The notes under the pieces: model-generated
The model's database searches: none
Told to the model about the DNA's origin: nothing
Seen by the model: the letters and a program-made list of their open reading frames with translations, nothing else
Position numbers and translations under genes: made by a program
Assembly (NCBI GenBank): GCA_963666215.2
Contig: CAXWPL010000003.1
Coordinates: forward strand, 256,001 to 320,000
Direction: 5' to 3'
Length of the DNA: 64,000 nt
Origin: Acidobacteriota bacterium
GTDB taxonomy: Bacteria > Acidobacteriota > UBA890 > WLXD01
Shown: piece by piece, positions 32,701 to 41,906 of the stretch
Layout of the letters: each line of letters begins with the position of its first letter
How positions within the stretch are numbered: the stretch's first letter is position 1

Positions 32701-33069
32701 CGGGTTGTGCTCGCCCGTGCCGATGTAGACGACATTGGGGTCGGAGGGCGCTACCGCCACAGCACCGAGCGACAGCGTGCCGCCGTCGTCGAAGATTGAC
32801 TTCCAGGTGATGCCCCGGTCCATGGTGCGCCACAGCCCGCCCGACGCGGTCGCCATGTAGAGCACATTCGGACGCCCTTGCACTCCGGCCAGATCGACCG
32901 TGCGGCCGCCCATGAAGGCCGGGCCAATCGATCGCCAGGTGAGGCCGTCCAACAGATCTTCGACGGTCGCGGCATCCTCCTGCGGAGGAGCACCCGCGTG
33001 ACCAACGGCCGGGACCAGGGCCTGGCCGATGAGCATGGCCAGCAGCAGGGCAGAAGACGGTGCACGCAT
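29740..33069 (-). CDS. Secreted VPS10/sortilin-like BNR-repeat glycosyl hydrolase
   Basis: Signal peptide, WRSIGP..MGGR, many SxDGGxxW Asp-box repeats, NWNSP, GTHGRS. Confidence 0.88.
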   Translation of the reverse strand: MRAPSSALLLAMLIGQALVPAVGHAGAPPQEDAATVEDLLDGLTWRSIGPAFMGGRTVDLAGVQGRPNVLYMATASGGLWRTMDRGITWKSIFDDGGTLSLGAVAVAPSDPNVVYIGTGEHNPRNSTSFGDGVYRSNDGGDTWTHVGLETTERIARIRVHPDNPDHVYVGAMGHAWGAHEDRGVYRSRDGGETWEKVLYVDPTTGVSDLAIDATNPRILYAGMWDFLRQPWHFRSGGPGSGLYMSRDGGDSWTELTSPELDNGLPTGVLGRIGVAVSVSDNDVVYAMIESTDGALWRSSDGGDSWVLVSDDRAIASRPFYYADFRIDPSNENRLYMVGGRLNLSTDGGRNWRRIGRTHHGDHQSFWINPDDPMMVVDGNDGGIAYSYNGGETWEVVNNLPLQQVYQIGADMRDPYFVCAGFQDNDAWCGPSNTMTSTGILEADWYHVQYGDGTYIQPDPSDHNIVYAGSQGGRILRVDLSTNEQRSISPYPFSGGAVGEHPYRFNWNSPILISPHSPKTVYLGSNVLFRTDDGGDSWEEISPDLTTNDEEKQVSSGGPITADNTTAEYHTTIYTIAESPMQAGVIWVGTDDGNVQLTRDGGTTWTNLIGNMPMPPASWVSRIEASRRDAGTAYVAFDRHRLDDFAPYLFMTTDFGESWTDIGSGLPDPGYVHVVREDPRNPDLLFVGTELGIFVSWGPDGLDGLDSGDSEARAWTSLRLGLPPVAVRDILIHPRDNDLIIGTHGRSILILDDITPLQHFAEAEAESDEVHLFGLRTATRFQPYTRELRVDLGDKVFVGANPPYGAVISYFVPPGLDLEAEADASASSEDAASEETPSEESADGDANAESAIAITIESADGEVVRTLEAPAEGGINRVVWNLRHQSEEAPAATAPFPGSGSPPPLVIPGTYRVVLKAAGKESATELEVRMDPRVEVSVQDLVAQRDALLRLVELRARSQKGIELIDDVVGQLRSLGDRLGDDNDSESASDDDSDEADADVGGDLASAAHDLATRFEEIRSRITNQRPPGADSGPTGPYTAGPEIHEKLRSLASAVGRASAAPTQSQANWLERLANELEEQLGGLETLVQEDLGELNRRVIEANIPAVGQL

Positions 33070-33236
33070 GGACCCGACGCCTCCGTGGTTTTTCAGCAGG
33101 TCAGCAGAGAGGCGGCAGATTACCGCGTGGCGCCTGTAGAGACAGGAAGCCTCGATGGCATCACGGGCCGGGCTGCCGCAAACGACCGCGGTCAAACGGA
33201 GTCGCGATGCCGAGCGGCCGACTCGCGTCTTCCGTG

Positions 33237-35000
33237 CTAGTCGTCCGTGGCGTCGTCGCTTGTAAGAATGCCGTAGGCCGGCAAGCCGACGGCGCCGAGC
33301 CGCTTCATGACCTCGCGCGCCGGCGACGCGTTCAAATCCTCAGCGCGGAACTTCACCTTGACGTAGCCGTCGAGCGCGGCCTTGACGTCGGGATGCTGCA
33401 ACGTCGTCTTGTCCATCGTCAGGCAGTTCTTGCACCACGTCGCCCAAACGTCAACGAGCACCGGCTTCCCCTCGGTCTCGGCTTCGCGCAGCGCGGCGGC
33501 GAGTGACGTATGCCAACCCTCCTCAGCGAGCTCGGCCACCGAACCCAACACTTCGTCGGCATCCACCCAGCGCTGCGCAACGAGGCCGTACCCGATCCAT
33601 GCGTAGTACACGGCGGTGAAGAGAATGAAAACGCCGAAGGCGTGCTTGACGTGCACCATCCAGGCGCCGGGCTTGGGCAGTGCCGACAGGCCGGCACCGG
33701 CAATCGGCCACGGCAGCGCCATGCCAACGCCGAGAACGAAGGGCAGCGCCAGGGCGACGGGTGTGCCCGTGGCGTAGAGGTTGGACGCGAACACGATCAC
33801 TTGGATCACCACCGGGGCCACGCAGGCGCCGGCCAGCAGCGCTGCCACGCCCCCCATTCCGAAAGCGAGGGCAAACGAGCCCTTGCCTGCGTCGCCCTGC
33901 AGGGTGAGCTTCGACTGCAGTCGCGAGAAGTCGATGTTGAGCACGTCGAACATTGCCAGCGCCAGCACCACGAACAGGGCGGCGATGCCGAGATTGAACC
34001 AGGCTGTTCCGTTGATGGTGCCGAACGTTCCGGCCGTGAGAATGACGACCACACCCAGCACGCCATAAACCGCAGCCATCGCGAGTCCGTAAGCACCGCC
34101 GAGCGCGAAGCCGCGAGCGCGAGAACCGGCCTGGGACCCGGCCCCGATGATCGCCAGATTGATCGGAACCATCGGCAGCACACAGGGGGTGAGATTGAGG
34201 GCCAGGCCGCCGATCAGAATCAGTCCGAGGATGGCGAGCGGACCACGGCCGTCGAACCAGCCGCGCTGCCCGGTCCCCGACTCGGCGGCGTCGATGAACT
34301 CGAGGAACGGCTCTTCGCCCATATAGCCGCCGGCCGTAGCGGCAACGGTGAAGCGCTCCAGGGTCTCGAGCACCGAGTTGTCGTCGGCCGGGTTGACGTC
34401 GGCGACGGGCACATCGGCGGCGGTTTTCGGAACCGCGACGGCCGGTGCGTCACCGAAAGCCAGTCCGGCAAAGAGCTCGGCGTGCAGCGCCGGCGCTGCG
34501 GGCTCACCCGCACCGAGGACGTCGATGGTGAAGTTGACGGGCTCACTGGTTGGGGCGTAGCAGGCGAAGTCGTCGCAGGCTTGGTAGCTGAAGGTGCCGC
34601 CAACCTCGTAGGTCCCCGCGGCCAGGTCGGATGCGAGCGCCATCTCGGCCCCCACCACGAACTGCGTACCGAACACCACGAGCTCGATTCCAGCCTGCAT
34701 GAGCGTGCCGGGCTCGGGATACGCCAGGCTCTCCACGGTGATGCCGGCCGGCGGCTCCAGCTGCCAAACCGTCGGAATCAGGAATCGATCGGCCGGCGCA
34801 TCCGAGTTGACGTGGTAACCCTCCTGGAGGGTCACCTGAAGAGCCGCTCGCAGAGTGCTGCCGGCGGGCGCCGCGACACGCTCGACGACCGGCTCGAGCC
34901 AGATCTCGGTCGGACCGCGCTGTGCGAGGGCGCTGCCGCTGGCCAGCAGACCCAGGATAAGCGCCGGCAGTGCGAAGGCCAGCAGGAGGCGAGTTCTCAT
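33237..35000 (-). CDS. Thiol:disulfide interchange protein DsbD-like
   Basis: N-terminal QACDDFAC, TM core with TPCVLP and GACVAP, C-terminal thioredoxin WATWCKNC. Confidence 0.88.
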   Translation of the reverse strand: MRTRLLLAFALPALILGLLASGSALAQRGPTEIWLEPVVERVAAPAGSTLRAALQVTLQEGYHVNSDAPADRFLIPTVWQLEPPAGITVESLAYPEPGTLMQAGIELVVFGTQFVVGAEMALASDLAAGTYEVGGTFSYQACDDFACYAPTSEPVNFTIDVLGAGEPAAPALHAELFAGLAFGDAPAVAVPKTAADVPVADVNPADDNSVLETLERFTVAATAGGYMGEEPFLEFIDAAESGTGQRGWFDGRGPLAILGLILIGGLALNLTPCVLPMVPINLAIIGAGSQAGSRARGFALGGAYGLAMAAVYGVLGVVVILTAGTFGTINGTAWFNLGIAALFVVLALAMFDVLNIDFSRLQSKLTLQGDAGKGSFALAFGMGGVAALLAGACVAPVVIQVIVFASNLYATGTPVALALPFVLGVGMALPWPIAGAGLSALPKPGAWMVHVKHAFGVFILFTAVYYAWIGYGLVAQRWVDADEVLGSVAELAEEGWHTSLAAALREAETEGKPVLVDVWATWCKNCLTMDKTTLQHPDVKAALDGYVKVKFRAEDLNASPAREVMKRLGAVGLPAYGILTSDDATDD

Positions 35001-35301
35001 CCCGAGATGGTAGCCGCCCTGGCCACCGCTCGCAGCACTCAACCGCGCAAACATGTCGTCTGGCCGACCGCTACCGATCAAGCAGTTGCCTCATGCGGCC
35101 AGATGAGTAGGCTGAGCTCCACCGATCGACCGAATTCGGATTGCCTTCTCCAACGACGCTGTCTCGGAAGCCGCTATGTCTCTGATCGCTGAGCGCGACG
35201 CTGTGACCAAGATCTGGACGCTCGCAGCCCTTGTCGTGGCCTCGGCCCCGGCGATGCCGGCCGTGATCTCCTCACCGGTCGACTCGGCGTAGCTTCGCAT
35301 C

Positions 35302-36021
35302 GTGCGTATCGTCGCTCTACAGAATTGCGCTGTTGAGGGTCTCGGCTCGTACGAAGCCGAGCTCCGCGCGCGCTCTGCGCGCGCTGGCAGCTTCACCCTG
35401 GTGCACACGTATCAAGAGCACTCTCAACTCAGCGCCGTGCTACCCGAGATGGACACTGTTGATGTCCTCGTCGTAGGAGGCACACCGATCTCCGCGTACG
35501 AGGCCGACGCCCATCCGTTTCTCCGCGAAGAAGTCGTCTACATCGAGGAAGCGCTAGCCGCGGGTATCCGCTGCCTTGGCATCTGCTGCGGTGCGCAGTT
35601 GATCGCCCAGATCCTCGGCGCGACTGTGCGGCGCAACCCGGTCATGGAGATCGGCGGCTACGAGGTGTCACTCACCGCCGCCGGCGAGCGCTCTCCCTTG
35701 CTCCGAGATTTCCCCGGCCGCTTCCCCGTCTTCCACTGGCACGGCGATACATTCGACATTCCAGAAGGCGCTCAACACCTCGTGGAGGGGGATCTGTGCC
35801 GTAACCAGATGTTTCGCCTCGGCAACGCGGTCGGCGTCCAGTTTCATCTGGAAACGTCGGCCGACGAAGCAGCGATCTGGGCCGCTGCGTACCCCCAAGA
35901 GCTGGAGTGCGTGGCCAAGACACCCGAGCAGGTCGTCGGTGAATGCGGGCAGCGCGAGGCGCGAAGGAGAACGCTCGCCGCCCGTCTCGTGTCGAACTTC
36001 CTCGACGACCCGGCGCGGTAA
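35302..36021 (+). CDS. Type 1 glutamine amidotransferase (GMP-synthase-like, stand-alone)
   Basis: LGICCGAQ, HWHGDTF, QFHLE catalytic Cys-His-Glu. Confidence 0.88.
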   Translation: MRIVALQNCAVEGLGSYEAELRARSARAGSFTLVHTYQEHSQLSAVLPEMDTVDVLVVGGTPISAYEADAHPFLREEVVYIEEALAAGIRCLGICCGAQLIAQILGATVRRNPVMEIGGYEVSLTAAGERSPLLRDFPGRFPVFHWHGDTFDIPEGAQHLVEGDLCRNQMFRLGNAVGVQFHLETSADEAAIWAAAYPQELECVAKTPEQVVGECGQREARRRTLAARLVSNFLDDPAR

Positions 36022-36144
36022 CGCGAAGGGCCGTTGACCTGCGTCGGTTTCGAACTCAGGATCAAATTTTCGAGTCACAGATTTGCTTCACGTATTTAAG
36101 ACACGCACCCCTAGATACTCCCGCGGCGCTCGAGGAGGCTCGAC

Positions 36145-36282
36145 ATGAGTGGGGCCAAGAACGGCGGCAATCTGTTCGAGGAGATCCAGCTGCGCGAGTG
36201 GCGCTCGCGCCGCCAGCTCCACTCGGCCACCCACGGGAAATGTCATGCTAGGGCCACGGCCAGGCGCCGCGACTCCCGATGA
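36145..36282 (+). CDS. Putative 45-aa small protein
   Basis: RBS GAGGAGG 6 nt before ATG; MSGAKNGGNLFEEIQLREWRSRR... Confidence 0.3.
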   Translation: MSGAKNGGNLFEEIQLREWRSRRQLHSATHGKCHARATARRRDSR

Positions 36283-36285
36283 CCG

Positions 36286-37200
36286 ATGACAACGCCGCGC
36301 GGGCGGCCCACGACGACGATCCCTTCTGCCAACGGAGCAACCGGCTTGTTCAAACGCCAAACCTCGGGTTCGATCGTCTGTCCTGGCTGCGGACGGCTGG
36401 TTGGAGTGCAAGACGAGCGCTGCTTCAACTGCGGCCGCGTCCGACCGGGTCTGTGGGGCTTCGCGCCCCTGATCAACAAGGCGATCGGCGAAGTCGTCTT
36501 CGTCGACGTGGTGCTCTACGGCTGCGCCGCGATGTTCGTGCTCACCCTGCTGAGCGAGCCCTCGGCGATCGGCGGCGGCGGCCTCTTTTCGATGCTGTCA
36601 CCCGGTCAGCGGCCGCTGTTTCTGTTCGGCGCCAGCGGCGCCTTGCCGGTGTTCACCTTCGGCCGCTGGTGGACCGTGCTCAGCGCCTCCTGGCTACACG
36701 GCGGGCTGCTCCACATCGGCATGAACATGATGTGGATGCGGCAGCTGCTGCCGGCCGTGGAGCAGTTCTACGGCACGGGCCGGCTGATCATCATCTACAC
36801 GGTGTCGGGAGCCGCCGGTTTCACCCTCACAACGCTGTTCGGCGCCATCAACCTACCGTGGCCGTTAACCGGCGCGGGCTTTACGGTTGGAGCGTCGGCG
36901 CCGCTGTTCGGGCTCTTCGGTGCGCTCGTCGTCTACAGCCAGAGCTCAGGCCAGAGTCAGCTCGGCCGCCAGGTCTGGCAATGGGTGATCATGTTCACCT
37001 TCATCGGCCTGCTGATACCGATCGTTGACAACTGGGCCCACCTCGGCGGCTTCGCCGGCGGCTACGCGGCCTCGAAGGTGCTCGATCCACTCAAAACCGA
37101 GTCGCCGCGGCATCTTCTGGTCGCCGGCGCCTGCCTGGCGTTGACGTTGCTGTCGCTCATCGCCTCGGTGCTTCACGGCATCCCGCTGTTCACGGGCTAG
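36286..37200 (+). CDS. Rhomboid intramembrane serine protease with N-terminal zinc ribbon
   Basis: CPGC...CFNC; WWT..WLHGGLLHIGMN, GASA, AHLGG. Confidence 0.9.
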   Translation: MTTPRGRPTTTIPSANGATGLFKRQTSGSIVCPGCGRLVGVQDERCFNCGRVRPGLWGFAPLINKAIGEVVFVDVVLYGCAAMFVLTLLSEPSAIGGGGLFSMLSPGQRPLFLFGASGALPVFTFGRWWTVLSASWLHGGLLHIGMNMMWMRQLLPAVEQFYGTGRLIIIYTVSGAAGFTLTTLFGAINLPWPLTGAGFTVGASAPLFGLFGALVVYSQSSGQSQLGRQVWQWVIMFTFIGLLIPIVDNWAHLGGFAGGYAASKVLDPLKTESPRHLLVAGACLALTLLSLIASVLHGIPLFTG

Positions 37201-37360
37201 CTCAGCTCGGCCACCAATGCTGCCACTGTGTCGCTTCGAGCTCGAGACTACCGGTGGGAGCTTGGTGCTCCCCGATTGCAAGACGGAGCTGCCTCCGACG
37301 CCGGACGATCTGGTGGCCTTCGCAGAGCGTCGCGCGGGACGGACCTGGCCCTGAGAAACT

Positions 37361-38560
37361 CTAGAGACCGCGGAGCGCTATCGCGATGGGCGTGCGTGCG
37401 GCGCGGATGGCGGGAAAGAGGCCACCGATGAGGCCGATCGTCGTGGCGACAACGGTGCCCTGGATCAACAACGCCGGCGTAACGTCGAAGGCGAAGGCCA
37501 CCGCGGAGAAGCTCTGCAAGTTGAGCGTGGCGGCGCGGTAGCCGTCGAAGACGACCCACGCGAGAGTGGCGCCGATCGCGCCGCCGACGATCGCCAGCAG
37601 CAGCGACTCGGCGAGCACGGAGAATATGACCGGGCTCGACTTGAATCCGAGAGCCCGCAGCGTGGCGATTTCGCGAGTGCGCGCCGATACCGACGTGTAC
37701 ATCGTGTTGAGCGCGCCGAAGACCGCCCCCACGGCCATCAAGGAGGCGATGAGATAGCCGAGGCCGGTGATCAGGTTGGTGAGCAGGGTCGATTGGCCCG
37801 AATAGTAGTCGGACTGCCGCGAAACGCTCAGGTTGACGCGTGGGTCGCTCGATAGATCGTCCTGGAAACTCTGGAACGCCTCGGCCGACTCGAGCTTGGT
37901 GAGCACGGTCTGGAACGAATCGCCGCGCCTGTACATCGACTGCAGCAGGCGCGCGTCGCCCCAGATCTCCGATTCCTCGATGCCGCCGTCAACGGAGAAG
38001 ATCCCGACCACGCGCCACGGCTGCTGCGCCACTTCGAGGGTACCGCCGAGCTCGAGGCCTTCGTACTCCACGGTGGCGCCGCGCCCGACGATGACCTCGG
38101 CCCTACCCCACTCGAAGCTCCGGCCCTCGACAATCTCGAAGTCGTCGCGCACGCGGAAGGCAGCCTCCTCCACACCGCGCATCGGCACATTAGCGTCGGT
38201 GCCGGTGGAACGCTTCGGCAGATTGAGAATCAGGAAGAGCTCAGCCGACGATACGGCTCCGTCGGCATCGCGCAGCACTCCCGCGGTCTCTCCAACGATG
38301 CGGGTCGCCTCGCGCGAGAGACCGCTCACGAGCTCGCTGGTGGACCCGCTGCGGAGCGAGATCGCCCGATCGTCCGACCCCGAGTTGGTCATCGCCGCGC
38401 CGAAGCCCGCGGCGATCGACAGAACCCCAACGAACACGGCCACTACGCCGGCAATGCCGAACATCGCGGCCACACTCGACCCCCACCGCTGGGGCAGCGA
38501 TCGCACACTGAAGCTGGTAACGGCAACAACTTGCGAAATCCACCGTCCAAACGATCCCAT
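37361..38560 (-). CDS. ABC transporter permease (MacB/FtsX family)
   Basis: GALNTMYTSVSARTREIATLRALGF, GGLFPAIRAAR. Confidence 0.88.
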   Translation of the reverse strand: MGSFGRWISQVVAVTSFSVRSLPQRWGSSVAAMFGIAGVVAVFVGVLSIAAGFGAAMTNSGSDDRAISLRSGSTSELVSGLSREATRIVGETAGVLRDADGAVSSAELFLILNLPKRSTGTDANVPMRGVEEAAFRVRDDFEIVEGRSFEWGRAEVIVGRGATVEYEGLELGGTLEVAQQPWRVVGIFSVDGGIEESEIWGDARLLQSMYRRGDSFQTVLTKLESAEAFQSFQDDLSSDPRVNLSVSRQSDYYSGQSTLLTNLITGLGYLIASLMAVGAVFGALNTMYTSVSARTREIATLRALGFKSSPVIFSVLAESLLLAIVGGAIGATLAWVVFDGYRAATLNLQSFSAVAFAFDVTPALLIQGTVVATTIGLIGGLFPAIRAARTPIAIALRGL

Positions 38561-38583
38561 AGCGCCCGACTCCTTCTATTGAG

Positions 38584-39741
38584 CTATTTGCGTCGCAACG
38601 CGTCTGCCACGCGCACGTGCCAGGCCTGCATCGCTGGCAGCAGGCCGGCGGCCACGCCCAACGCCACCGTGAGCATGACGCCGATGATCAGGTCCCGTGT
38701 CGGGAAGAAGAACAGCGGCAGCGCACCGCCTGTGGGATCACCTTGTGAGGTCAGGTACCAGGAAACGCCGAGGCCGGCGAGTCCGCCGGTGACGGCCAGC
38801 AGGCAGGACTCGCTGAGCACCATTGCCAGCACCTGGCGATGGGTGTATCCCACGGCCTTGAGCACACCGATCTCGTTGAGGCGCTCGCGCACGGCCTGCG
38901 ACATCGTGTTGCCGGCGACGAGCAGAATCGTGAAGAACACCGCGGTGAGCACCGCCAGGGTAATCGTGCCGATATTGGCCAACTGGTTGGCGAAGCCCTA
39001 CACGAACGCGCCCTCGGTCTCGGCCTTGGTCTCGGCAGGCGAGTTCGCGAAGGCGTTGTCGATTGCGCTGGCCACTTCGGCGGCTCGACCCGGGTCGGCC
39101 ACCTGGACGATGTACCAGCCCACCTGCCCGCGAGCTCCTTCGACACGAGCCTCGTCGAAGTAGTCGTAGCGGAACAGAAACTGCGTGTCGTCGACGCCCT
39201 TCTCCGCTCCGTCGTAGATGCCGACGATGTCGAACTCCCACGTGCGGCCGCCGTCGCGCTTGCTCCAGATCGTGGCCTGCAGGGGCACGCGATCGCCGAT
39301 CTCGAAGCCATACCGATCGGCGATGCCGCGACCCACCATGGCACCGGTGCGAGTTTCGCGCCAGGCCTGCATCTGGTCGTCGGGCAGCAGGAACTCGGGA
39401 TACATCGCCAGATACTCGTCGGGGTTCACGGGGAATTGCCCGAAGAAGTTGCTCGGCCGCTGGTAAACACCACCGAACCATGTGAGGTGGGTAGCGTCGG
39501 CCACGCCGTCGAGCTGCTCGATCCGTGCCTCGTAGCTCTCGGGCAGCATCTGGATAATCGACACCTTGTGACGAACGACCAGCCGATCGGCACCTGCGAC
39601 CTCGACACCGAACGACAGTGCCTGCTTGACCGACGCCATGTAGCCGTACAGAACGAACGCGATGAAGATCGACAGGAACGTCAGCGTGGTGCGGATCTTC
39701 TTGCGCTTGAGGTTGCTCCAGACGAGGTGGAAATGCTTCAT
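38584..39741 (-). pseudogene. ABC transporter permease (MacB/FtsX) with in-frame TAG at 38998-39000
   Basis: The two ORFs share a frame: ...TEGAFV*GFANQLANIG...NTMSQAVRER. Confidence 0.82.
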
Positions 39742-40457
39742 CAGTCGGGCTCCTCGGTGGACAGCCGGCCGTCGACCATGTGGAGGACGCGGGTGGCGCG
39801 CTCGGCGGCCTCGGGATCGTGCGTCACCATCACGATCGTCTTGCCGTGCTCGCGGCTCAGGGTGTCGAGCAACTCGAGAATCTCGCCACCCGATTTACGA
39901 TCGAGGTCGCCTGTGGGCTCGTCGCACAACAACAGCGACGGGTCTGTGGCGATCGCGCGGGCGATGCCAACGCGCTGCTGCTCACCGCCCGAGAGTTGGC
40001 GAGGGTAGTGCTTGGAGCGACCCGACAGCCCTACGATGTTGAGTGCGGTCTCCACCTGCTGGCGTCGCTCGGCTTTCTTGAGCGGAGTCAGCAGCAGTGG
40101 CAGCTCCACGTTGCGTGCGGCCGTCAGCACCGGCAGCAGATTGTAAAACTGGAAGATGAAGCCAACGTGGCGGGCACGCCAGCTGGCGAGCTTGCGATCG
40201 GACAGCCGGTCGATGGCGTCGCCGCCCACGGTCAGGCTGCCGCTGTCGGGACGGTCGAGGCCGCCGATCAGGTTGAGCAGCGTGCTCTTGCCCGAGCCCG
40301 ACGGCCCCATGAGCGCGAGAAACTCACCGCTGGGGACATCGAGCATCAGATCGTTGAGAACGTGGATCTTCTCCGCACCGCGAGAGAAGCTCTTCGTCAC
40401 GCCTCGAACCTGAACGAGCGTGTCGGCGCTCGACGACTGCTGTGCTGCTTCGCTCAT
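39741..40457 (-). CDS. ABC transporter ATP-binding protein (LolD/MacB type)
   Basis: GPSGSGKST, LSGGEQQRV, CDEPTG, VTHD. Confidence 0.95.
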   Translation of the reverse strand: MSEAAQQSSSADTLVQVRGVTKSFSRGAEKIHVLNDLMLDVPSGEFLALMGPSGSGKSTLLNLIGGLDRPDSGSLTVGGDAIDRLSDRKLASWRARHVGFIFQFYNLLPVLTAARNVELPLLLTPLKKAERRQQVETALNIVGLSGRSKHYPRQLSGGEQQRVGIARAIATDPSLLLCDEPTGDLDRKSGGEILELLDTLSREHGKTIVMVTHDPEAAERATRVLHMVDGRLSTEEPD

Positions 40458-40911
40458 TCGTCTGCCTCGCGAACCGTGGTTCCGGGCTCGAGCCCAGGGG
40501 GACCTTCAATCACAACAACCTCGCCCGGCTCGAGACCAGCCAGCACCGCGATCTCGGTGCCGGAGATGTCGCCGGTACGAACTGCCCGACGCTCAACGAC
40601 GCCGTCTCGCACCACCAGGACGATCGCCTGGCCGCCGTCATCACGCACGGCAGCCTGGGCGACGAGGATCACGCGCTGGGAGGCTCGATCCTGAGCCGCG
40701 TCGGCCTCCGCAATCTCAGCTCCGCGAAAAGCCACCTTCACTCCCATGTCGGGCAGGACACGCGGGTCGAGCTCCTCGAACCCGATGCGCACCTTGACTG
40801 TGGCCCGCTGGCGGTCGGCGGTGGGGACAATCGCGATCACGCTCGCCGGGATGCGCCAATCGGGGTAGGCGTCGAGAACCGCTTCGACGCCCTGGCCGGC
40901 CTGCACACGGT
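40454..40911 (-). pseudogene. C-terminal half of an efflux periplasmic adaptor (MFP)
   Basis: NRVQAGQ.VEAVLDAYPD, IVPTADRQRATVKVR, LPDMGV, GLEPGE.VV; N-terminal half absent. Confidence 0.8.
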
Positions 40912-41729
40912 TGCAGCTCCGAACGGCGCATCCCCACAAACCCTGCCAGCGTGCCGCGGGTGAACTCGTCGTACCAGCCACCCTGATGAAGCACCGGAAC
41001 ACCGACGTCAGCCCAGCGACCGGCGACGCTGAGCGCGTCCCAGTAGCTGTCGCGGTCGGCGTGCTCGGCCCAGTCTCGGTACGTGTCGAGATCCCGCCCG
41101 ATGGCGGTATCGGCCTCGATCACCGGCAGGTGGGACAGTCCTTCCTGCCAGTCGTTGGCAAACAGGCTCTGGTTGGTGCGCGCGTCGACCATCGTGGTCC
41201 ACGGCAACCGCCCCGCGAGGTTGAAGGCGCCGCCCGTATGGGCCGGGCTGTCGTAGTAGTCAACCGGCGAGACCATGACATTCATCGCCTGCAGCGCCGG
41301 CGGCGACTCGGCCGCGGCCAGCCATTGGTCGAATCCCAGGTACGAGCCACCCGTCGTGACCACGCGACCGTCCGACCACGGCTGCTCCGCCGACCAGGCG
41401 ATCACCTCGGCGCCGTCGTCGCCCTCGGTCAGGTACGAATAGAACTCGCCCTGGGAGTCGTACCGCCCTCGCGAGTCGACGGTGACGTACACATAGCCAT
41501 GCCCCGCGTAGTACTCGCCGCTGCCGAAGTCGGTGCTGTTGTCGTACGGCGTGCGGGCCACCACTACGGGGTGGCGGCCATCGTCGGCCGGACGGTAAAC
41601 GTCGGCCGACAGACGAGTGCCGTCGGAGAGAACGATACCGACGTCGAATTCGCGGGCGATCGCGGGCGCCACCCGGCCAGCGGCAAAGGACAGGATCAAC
41701 GCGGCAAACAAGCACAGCGGACGTCTCAA
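40912..41729 (-). pseudogene. N-terminal half of a CocE/NonD family hydrolase
   Basis: Signal peptide, DGTRLSADVYRP, RTPY, DSRGRY.S.G, QPWSDGRV, GGSYLG, GWYD; no GPWxH region or C-terminal domain. Confidence 0.85.
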
Positions 41730-41906
41730 AGCGGCCTCCTGGTTGGGCTTGTGAGCGTAGCCGATCCCCGACCGAGTTGGTGGAACGGCAAGAACTTGGC
41801 AGACTGGCGGCGTTCATCGCCAGTGGGCAGCGCTATCTGGCGTCCCCAGCCCGACTCGCCCGATCGACACGCACTTGGATCGTCGCTCCTTCTATGGAGG
41901 TTCGCC

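Noticed and set aside
40911-41906. N-terminal extension of the 1236-aa ORF
   Set aside because: Antisense to the CocE fragment; the RBS and signal peptide place the protease start near 41907.
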